Below, in pieces: positions 25,875 through 32,000 of a stretch of DNA of 32,000 bases. Within the stretch, counting starts at the first letter, position 1. Each line of letters opens with the position of its first letter. The notes beneath the pieces were generated by a model. That model saw only the letters and a program-made list of their open reading frames with translations, was not told the origin of the DNA and made no database searches. The DNA lies in contig NZ_CP042911.1 in assembly GCF_008065095.1 (NCBI RefSeq), positions 6,120,001 to 6,152,000 of the forward strand, read 5' to 3'. A program made the position numbers and the translations under genes. Origin of the DNA: Gemmata obscuriglobus. GTDB taxonomy: Bacteria; Planctomycetota; Planctomycetia; Gemmatales; Gemmataceae.

Positions 25875-27068
25875 ATGAACACGGCACGCCTCGGCGCGAT
25901 GCTCGCGCTGCTCACCGGCCCCGCGGCCTTCACCGGCGCCGCGCCCCCGCCGCCGCAACCGGTCCAGGTGCGGTCGCTCGCCTACGCGCCGGACGGAACC
26001 GTTCTCGTCGCGGCGACGGGCGGCGGGACGGGGGGAGCGGGCGGCGTGGTGGCATGGGACGCGGCCACCCGGAAACAGCTCTGGGCGCGTAGCGGCCCCA
26101 AAGGGTTCGGGTCCGTCTCGTTCGCGCCGGACGGCAAGTCGATCGCGGTGACGCACGGCGCGGCGACCGTGCTGCGGCTCGCCGCGCTGACCGGTCAGGA
26201 GATGGGTGAGGTCGGCCCGCACCCGAAGCCCGTGCGGGCCTGCGTCTACGTACCAGGCACGGGGCACCTGGCCACGGGCAGCGACGGAACCGTCCGTTTT
26301 TGGGACCTGGCGACCGGCAAAGTGGTCAAGGAACTGAAGGGCGGCCACCCGGCCGAGATCAACAGCTTGACAGTCTCGCCCAACGGGAAGTGGCTCATTT
26401 CCGGAGGGCCGGACGGCACCCGGGGCTGGGACGTGGCCACCGGGGCGGAGCTCAAGAACGGGTTCAAGCAGGAACGCGGGATCGCCTGGTACGGGCCGAC
26501 CTTTGTCGGCCCAGACCGGGTTCTGTTCGCAGACAACTCCGCCACCCAGTATCTGCTCGAGCTGCCCTCGGGCCGGGAGTTGCTGCGTTACGAGGGCTTC
26601 GGGGGCGGTATCGCCTACTCACCGGCTCTCGGCGTCGCGGCGTTCCACTGGGACGGCACGAACGTTCACATCATGGACCTCGCCTTCCGCGCCCCCACTG
26701 CGGCCGAACAGGCACGTATTGAGAGCCTGCTGAAGGAGTTCGACGACGACTCGTACCCGGTGCGGGTCGCCGCATCGAAAGCCATGCGACAGGTCAGCTC
26801 GGTGGCCGAACCGGCACTCCGCAAGGCGATGACCGACGGCCCCAGCGCCGAGGTGCGGATGCGCGCCCGCGTGACCCGTAAAGCCATCCTGGAGGAACCG
26901 CTCCGCACCCTCAAGGGGCACACGGCCCGTGTGCGGCCGATGTGCTTCTCCCCGAACGGCAAAGTGCTAGCCACCGGAGCCGAAGACGGGACCGTGCGGC
27001 TCTGGGACCCGAGTACCGGGAAGGAACTGGCCCGGCTGACGGCCCCCGATCCCGGCGTCCAACAGTGA
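25875..27068 (+). CDS. Exported WD40 repeat protein with inserted HEAT-like helical module
   Basis: Signal peptide MNTARLGAMLALLTGPAAFTGA. WD blades include 'ATGSDGTVRFWDLATGK', 'SGGPDGTRGWDVATGA' and 'TGAEDGTVRLWDPSTGK'. The helical insert is 'LLKEFDDDSYPVRVAASKAMRQVSSVAEPALRKAM'. A strong GAGGAGG lies upstream, 13 nt after the previous stop. Confidence 0.85.
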   Translation: MNTARLGAMLALLTGPAAFTGAAPPPPQPVQVRSLAYAPDGTVLVAATGGGTGGAGGVVAWDAATRKQLWARSGPKGFGSVSFAPDGKSIAVTHGAATVLRLAALTGQEMGEVGPHPKPVRACVYVPGTGHLATGSDGTVRFWDLATGKVVKELKGGHPAEINSLTVSPNGKWLISGGPDGTRGWDVATGAELKNGFKQERGIAWYGPTFVGPDRVLFADNSATQYLLELPSGRELLRYEGFGGGIAYSPALGVAAFHWDGTNVHIMDLAFRAPTAAEQARIESLLKEFDDDSYPVRVAASKAMRQVSSVAEPALRKAMTDGPSAEVRMRARVTRKAILEEPLRTLKGHTARVRPMCFSPNGKVLATGAEDGTVRLWDPSTGKELARLTAPDPGVQQ

Positions 27069-27352
27069 GCGACCGCACCGGGCGGCGGTTGGCCGCGAGC
27101 GGCTTTGCCGGGGCCGGCTAGCCGACCGGCGGAACGACCGGTGCCGCACGCCCCCCGGAAACGGTGCCAAACCAACCCGTCACCTCCTAGCAAACAATCA
27201 AACACACATAAACACCTGATTGTACCTGTCGAAACAGGCGACTTCTCATTGTTTTCCAACCAGCCCGGACGTATGATTCAAACACCGATAAGCGCCCACA
27301 CGTCGCGATCTGCCCAGTTGCACTCCGCTCTTCCCTGTGTCCCGGAGTTGAC

Positions 27353-28222
27353 ATGCCTCAGCCGTTTTTCCGTTCCCGGCGTGGGTTCACGCTGATCGAG
27401 CTGCTGGTGGTGATCGCCATCATCGCGATCCTCATCGGCCTCCTCCTCCCGGCCGTCCAGAAGGTGCGTGCCGCCGCCGCCCGAATCCAGAGCGCGAACA
27501 ACCTCAAGCAGATCTCGCTGGCGCTGCACAGCTACCAGGACACCGTGAACCACCTGCCCGACGTGGACGGCAACATCGGCGGGACCAGCGGGCGCACCAT
27601 CACCTCCGTCCACACCTTCCTTCTGCCGTACATCGAGCAGGGCTCGGTGCTGACGCTGGCCGAGCAGAACGGCCTGTGGGGACCGGCCCCGAACTCCGCG
27701 TCGAGCAAGAAGATCAAAACGTACTTGTCGCCCCGCGACCCCTCCAACCCCGGGGACTTCCTCAACGAAAACGGGAACGACTGGGCGCACTGCAACTACG
27801 GTTACAACGAGGCCGTGTTCACCGACCCGTACGTCGCCTGGAACCCGCGGCTGACGCTGCAACGGATTTCCGACGGCACCTCCAACACGGTGGCGTTCGG
27901 CGAGCAGTACGCGCTGTGCAACGGCAACCACCGGGTGTGGGGGTACCCCGCGATCGTCAACCAGTCCTGGACCCCGAACTTCATTCCGCCCGACATCAGC
28001 GGCGGGGCGCCGGTCAACTGGACCCCGCCCGCCGCCCCGCCCCAGGCCGTGCCCACGGTCGCCAACTGCAACCCGTCGAACGTCCAGGCGATGGACGCCG
28101 GGGGCTGCCTGGTCGGCATGTTCGACGGGAGCGTGCGCACCGTCTCAACGTCCATCAGCGGCACCACGTGGTTCGCGGTCATCTGGCCGAAGGACGGGTT
28201 GGTGGTTGGAAACGACTGGTAA
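27353..28222 (+). CDS. DUF1559 domain protein with type IV pilin-like N-terminal cleavage/methylation signal
   Basis: '[55 protein letters not shown]' is the canonical planctomycete DUF1559 N-terminus. The C-terminal block is '...[15 protein letters not shown]'. Confidence 0.9.
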   Translation: MPQPFFRSRRGFTLIELLVVIAIIAILIGLLLPAVQKVRAAAARIQSANNLKQISLALHSYQDTVNHLPDVDGNIGGTSGRTITSVHTFLLPYIEQGSVLTLAEQNGLWGPAPNSASSKKIKTYLSPRDPSNPGDFLNENGNDWAHCNYGYNEAVFTDPYVAWNPRLTLQRISDGTSNTVAFGEQYALCNGNHRVWGYPAIVNQSWTPNFIPPDISGGAPVNWTPPAAPPQAVPTVANCNPSNVQAMDAGGCLVGMFDGSVRTVSTSISGTTWFAVIWPKDGLVVGNDW

Positions 28223-28260
28223 CCACGGCACCGTCAAAAGTCACACCTAACGTCACACCT

Positions 28261-28297
28261 AGGGGCCGCCGTTCCGGCGTTAGGAGCGGCGGCCCCT
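28261..28297 (+). terminator. GC-rich hairpin (11-bp stem, 15-nt loop) between the DUF1559 gene and the lipoprotein gene; possible attenuator/terminator
   Basis: aggggccgccg (28261-28271) is the reverse complement of cggcggcccct (28287-28297). No U-tract follows. It is preceded by the direct repeat gtcacaccta at 28240-28249 and 28252-28261. Confidence 0.35.
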
Positions 28298-28320
28298 GGG
28301 CTCTTGGCCCCGGACCTCAC

Positions 28321-28767
28321 ATGCTCTCGACAACCGCTCTCACACACCGCTGGCTCCTCACAGTCGCCGGCGCGGCGCTCGTGCTCACCGCCGCACCGGG
28401 CTGTTCCGGTCAGAAGACCCAAAACGTCTCCGGCGTCGTCACGCTCAACGGTAAACCGCTCACGTCCGGCGTGATCCGGTTCCACGGCCCGGGGGACCGG
28501 ATGGCGACCGCCAACATTCAGCCGGACGGCACGTTCGTCGCAACCGACGTGATGCCCGGGGAGGTGAAGGTCGCGATCACGGAGTCACTGATCGCCGCGG
28601 GGGGAGCACGTGCGACCCCGAACGCGGCGAAGAGCCAGGGGCTGAGCGCGCCGGAGCAACCGAAGCGCGTCGCCATCCCGCCGAAGTACAAGGACGTGAG
28701 CACCAGCAACCTGAACTACACGATCACCTCGTCCACGGGCAACCTGGAAATCGCTCTCCAATCCTGA
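28321..28767 (+). CDS. Small putative lipoprotein, carboxypeptidase-regulatory-like beta-sandwich domain
   Basis: MLSTTALTHRWLLTVAGAALVLTAAPGC (signal with a Cys lipobox-like site), then 'VSGVVTLNGKPLTSGVIRFHGPG...IQPDGTFVATDVMPGEVKVAI'. The start is set at ATG 28321 inside the longer track ORF 27676-28767, whose upstream part overlaps the DUF1559 gene out of frame. Confidence 0.7.
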   Translation: MLSTTALTHRWLLTVAGAALVLTAAPGCSGQKTQNVSGVVTLNGKPLTSGVIRFHGPGDRMATANIQPDGTFVATDVMPGEVKVAITESLIAAGGARATPNAAKSQGLSAPEQPKRVAIPPKYKDVSTSNLNYTITSSTGNLEIALQS

Positions 28768-28812
28768 CCGTCTGCGGGACATGCGCCGTTCACCAAATCC
28801 GCGCGCCGGTTT

Positions 28813-28853
28813 GCTCTCTCGGGCCTCTTACCTGATAACAGGCCCCGGAGAGC
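28813..28853 (+). promoter_or_regulatory. Hairpin whose 3' arm contains the Shine-Dalgarno of the second ECF-WD40 gene
   Basis: gctctctcgggcc (28813-28825) pairs with ggccccggagagc (28841-28853). This gives 11 of 13 pairs with a 2-nt internal mismatch and a 15-nt loop. GGAG at 28847-28850 lies in the 3' arm, and the ATG is at 28858. Confidence 0.35.
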
Positions 28854-28857
28854 TCTC

Positions 28858-31800
28858 ATGAAACGGACCGCCGCCCTTCGCCTCGTCCGCACCGCGGCAC
28901 ACGCGCCGCTGGCCGAAGCCAGTGACGCCGAACTCCTCCAGCGCTTCTGCCAAAATCGGGACGAGTCCGCGTTCCGCGAGATTCTGCGGCGGTACGAGGC
29001 GCTCGTCCGCGGCGCGAGCCGGCGCATGACGCGAGACGGTCACGCGGTCGATGACGCGGTCCAGAACACGTTCCTGACCCTGGCCCGCAAAGCCCACGCG
29101 ATCCGCCACGCGCCCGCCCTGCCCTCGTGGCTGCACCGCGTGGCCCGGTCCGTCACGGCCCGAACCGCCGGCGCGGCCCCCGCCGGCGCCGAGCCGATCG
29201 ATCCGACCCCCTCGCCGCTGGATCAGCTCTCGGCCCGCGAGGTCCTGAGCATCCTGGATGACGAACTCGCCCGGTTGCCCGCGACCTATCGGTCGGCCGT
29301 TTTGCTGTGCCTCGTCGAGGGGAACACAGTCGAGGACACAGCCCGGCGCCTGGGGACGACCACCGGCGCGGTCCGCGGGTGGCTCCAGCGCGGCCGGGAG
29401 GCACTGCGGCACCGGCTGAGCCGGCGCGGCGTGGAGCTTTCGGCGGCGCTACCCCTACTGGCTCTCGGTACCCAGCCAGCAACCGCAGGCCCGGTGCACG
29501 ACGCACTCGTCCGGGTGGCGCTGGCGGCGCACCGCCCCGCGTCTGCCGTCACGCGGTTGCTAGCGGGCTTTTCCGTTGCGTCGGTGGTGGCGTTCGGTGT
29601 CCTGATCGCTGGCGTCGCCGCGTCCGCCGCACTCATGTCCCCACGAGCCGGCGACCCACCGCCGGTGGCGCCGAAGGCGGCGGAACCGGAACCCAAAGTG
29701 GAAGCCAGAACCGACGGGTTGGTCACCCGGGACGGGTTGCCCGAAGGGGCGGTCGCGCGGATCGGCTCGCCGCGCCTGCGGCACGCAGGCGAGGTCACCG
29801 CAATGGCCTTCAGCCGCGATGGCCGGCTGTTCGCCACGGCCTCCCCCGCGAATCGGGACAAGTCGGTCCGTGTGTGGGACATGACCGACGGCAAGGAGAA
29901 GTACCGCATCCCGATCGCTGTGAACCTGGACGAAAGCGCAGAGCGTGCCCGGGCCGTATCTGTGGCGTTCTCGGCCGACGACAAGCGGCTACTGGTCCTG
30001 GACGCGGACGGGTTCCGGTCGTTCGACGTCGGCACCGGCAAGCCGGAACGGACGAACGTTCTGCGCAGGCGAACGGAGCCGAACCTATTTCCTCCACGCG
30101 AAGAGACCATCGGGGCCGGCTTTTCCCCGGACGCAAAGGTATACGCCGTTGTCCGGGGTAGCGGGGAAATGGTGCTGGGCAACACCGCCACGGGCGAAGT
30201 GACACGCACGATCGCGAAAGCGATGACCATCCCCGAGAACATGGGGTACGCCCATGTGAACGTTCTGTTCACCCCGAACGGGACCGGGGTTTGCGTTCCG
30301 ATCCTGAATGCCGCGGTTCCGATCTTCGACACGCAAACCGGAGAATCCAAGCACTCGCTGGCAAAGGAACTCGTCTCCCAAAGCAACACAATCTACAGCG
30401 CCGCGTTCGCGGCAGACGGGCGCACGTTCGTTGCCGACACCCTCGCACGGGCGGAGGGGGAGCGAGTTGCCGCACCTTACGCGATCGCGGTCGGGGACGT
30501 TGCGACCGGTAAAGTGGTGCGAACCATCCCACTGCCAGAGATGCCCCGTGTGCTGAGCGTGAGTCCGAACGGCAAGCTCGTGGCGGTCGGCACGCAATCG
30601 AGCGGGCCGAGCCAGATACGGGTTCTGGACTTGGCGAGCGGCAAGGAAGTGCAGTCCGTTCCGCTCACCCTCACGCCCGCCCTGGTGACGTTCTCCCCCG
30701 ACTCCCGGTTGCTCGCCGGCACGTGCCACTACGAAGGAAAAGTGACCGTGTGGGATCTCGGAAAGAACGGCCTCCACCCGCAATCAGCAGACGATTTTGA
30801 CATATGGGCACACTTCGACGCCCGTGGTCACGTGGTGCTGAACCCGTTCGGCCGAACACATATGGTCGATTGGCGGAGCGGAAAGGTGGTGCAAGAACGG
30901 TCGCGGGGACCCGAACCGAGCTACCAACCCGGCACCGCCAAGTCCGGGGATGGTAAGCTGCGCGCCGAGATCGAGTTTCCAAAGGGCAAACCGCAACAGT
31001 CGCGGGCGATTTTGGTGAAGGAGTCGGCTACGGACCGGACGGCGGCGCGGCTGGAGGGTCTGACCGATTTCCCGCGGCGAATGGTGTTCGCAGACGGGAA
31101 CCGCCTGCTCGTGACGGCCACCCAAGACGATGTGCTAACGGTTTGGGATGTCGGGGCCAAGAAGTCACTCTGGTCAGAGAAGTACCCCGCTCGAGCCTTC
31201 GGTTACAGCGGAATGGGCGAGCCCCATTCCGACGCCGCAAACCGCCGGATGGCGATCGCCTGGAGGGGCCAAAACGCAACTGTCATCGACGTGTGGGAAC
31301 TGCGCCGTCCCACGCGCGTGTCGCGGGTGGAAGTTCCGAACGCGCTGCTGGCCGCAGGTATCGCCTTCTCCCCGGACGGAGCGTACATCGCGGGTGGGAA
31401 CGATGCGGTCACGCTCTGGCGGGTGTCGGACGGCCGGAAGGTCCAGACCCTCGGCGGCCATGCGGCCAAGGAGGCGCGCAACGACCGCCCGAGGATATCC
31501 TGTGCGTTTTCGCCGGACAGTGGGAAACTGCTCACCGTCGATGGCACGGGAACGATCCGGTTGTGGGAGTGCGTGAGCGGGCAGTTGATCCGCACGTTCT
31601 CCGGGCACCACGGCCCGACCAGTGCTCACTTTTCACCGGACGGGCGACTGATCGTCGGAGCGAGCTACGATGCCCCCGTACTGATTTGGGATGTATACGG
31701 GCTAAAAGACCCACCCGCCTTCAACGCCGAGCGAATTTGGTCCAATCTGGCGGACGCCTCACCCGCAGCGGCCTTCCGGGCGGTGCGGGAACTGTGCGCC

Positions 31801-32000
31801 GCCCCCAAAGAAGCCGTCGTCCTGTTAAAGGAGAAATTGCCCCCGGAATCACTCGATGGGAAAGCGATCGACGCGCTGATTAAGGGCCTCTCTTCGGAGC
31901 AGTTCGCGGACCGGGAGCGAGCCACAACCGACCTCGGGAAGTACGGCGAATCGATCGCCCCGATGCTTCGCCAGGCGAACGGCGCCACCACGGACGCAGA
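28858..32000 (+). CDS. Second ECF sigma factor - TM helix - WD40 (+ HEAT-like) fusion protein, 3'-truncated by the window edge (>1047 aa)
   Basis: Not in the supplied ORF track. I translated frame 1 by hand from ATG 28858 to 32000 and found no stop codon. Sigma region 2 'SDAELLQRFCQNRDESAFREILRRYEALVRGASRRM...DDAVQNTFLTLARKA'; region 4 'LPATYRSAVLLCLVEGNTVEDTARRLGTTTGAVRGWLQRGREALRHRL'. TM helix 'LLAGFSVASVVAFGVLIAGVAASAALM' (about 29557-29637). WD blades 'KSVRVWDMTDGK', 'GKVTVWDLGKNG', 'DGTGTIRLWECVSGQ' and 'DAPVLIWDVYG'. Confidence 0.9.
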   Translation, partial: MKRTAALRLVRTAAHAPLAEASDAELLQRFCQNRDESAFREILRRYEALVRGASRRMTRDGHAVDDAVQNTFLTLARKAHAIRHAPALPSWLHRVARSVTARTAGAAPAGAEPIDPTPSPLDQLSAREVLSILDDELARLPATYRSAVLLCLVEGNTVEDTARRLGTTTGAVRGWLQRGREALRHRLSRRGVELSAALPLLALGTQPATAGPVHDALVRVALAAHRPASAVTRLLAGFSVASVVAFGVLIAGVAASAALMSPRAGDPPPVAPKAAEPEPKVEARTDGLVTRDGLPEGAVARIGSPRLRHAGEVTAMAFSRDGRLFATASPANRDKSVRVWDMTDGKEKYRIPIAVNLDESAERARAVSVAFSADDKRLLVLDADGFRSFDVGTGKPERTNVLRRRTEPNLFPPREETIGAGFSPDAKVYAVVRGSGEMVLGNTATGEVTRTIAKAMTIPENMGYAHVNVLFTPNGTGVCVPILNAAVPIFDTQTGESKHSLAKELVSQSNTIYSAAFAADGRTFVADTLARAEGERVAAPYAIAVGDVATGKVVRTIPLPEMPRVLSVSPNGKLVAVGTQSSGPSQIRVLDLASGKEVQSVPLTLTPALVTFSPDSRLLAGTCHYEGKVTVWDLGKNGLHPQSADDFDIWAHFDARGHVVLNPFGRTHMVDWRSGKVVQERSRGPEPSYQPGTAKSGDGKLRAEIEFPKGKPQQSRAILVKESATDRTAARLEGLTDFPRRMVFADGNRLLVTATQDDVLTVWDVGAKKSLWSEKYPARAFGYSGMGEPHSDAANRRMAIAWRGQNATVIDVWELRRPTRVSRVEVPNALLAAGIAFSPDGAYIAGGNDAVTLWRVSDGRKVQTLGGHAAKEARNDRPRISCAFSPDSGKLLTVDGTGTIRLWECVSGQLIRTFSGHHGPTSAHFSPDGRLIVGASYDAPVLIWDVYGLKDPPAFNAERIWSNLADASPAAAFRAVRELCAAPKEAVVLLKEKLPPESLDGKAIDALIKGLSSEQFADRERATTDLGKYGESIAPMLRQANGATTDA

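Overview
Strongly GC-rich bacterial chromosomal segment. The gene content is a DUF1549/DUF1553 + DUF1501 pair, a DUF1559 pilin-like protein, a TIGR03067-type domain protein, a Tat-signal xylose-isomerase-like TIM barrel, and ECF sigma factors fused to a TM helix plus WD40 propellers. By inference this points to Planctomycetota, probably a Gemmata-like lineage. Positions 1-8000 carry a co-directional minus-strand run: a PQQ-type propeller protein, hemL, a Ser/Thr kinase, an exported msrB, a Cys-less FmdB-like small protein and a Tat sugar isomerase. Two long perfect palindromes lie in its intergenic gaps. At 8078-12129 a roughly 930-aa TPR + HExxH peptidase gene is split by a 1257-bp IS element with 17-bp perfect inverted repeats and a 5-bp target duplication. 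Removing the IS plus one duplication copy restores the reading frame exactly. Positions 12217-17864 hold a TIGR03067-like gene and then a DUF1549/1553 - DUF1501 - 10x EF-hand gene string. A 130-bp palindromic element sits between the EF-hand gene's start codon and its signal-peptide core. Next come an SDR epimerase, a metallophosphoesterase, a 117-aa hyper-acidic protein and a ceramidase-like 7-TM protein. The most unusual part is 21723-32000. It contains two single-polypeptide ECF sigma-TM-WD40 fusions; the second runs off the window and is missing from the supplied ORF track. These bracket an FG-GAP repeat gene (one in-frame TGA followed by a SECIS-like hairpin), an exported WD40/HEAT protein, a DUF1559 pilin-like protein and a small lipoprotein. 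I found no rRNA, tRNA or CRISPR array. Many long ORFs in the track are GC-driven shadow frames opposite real genes.
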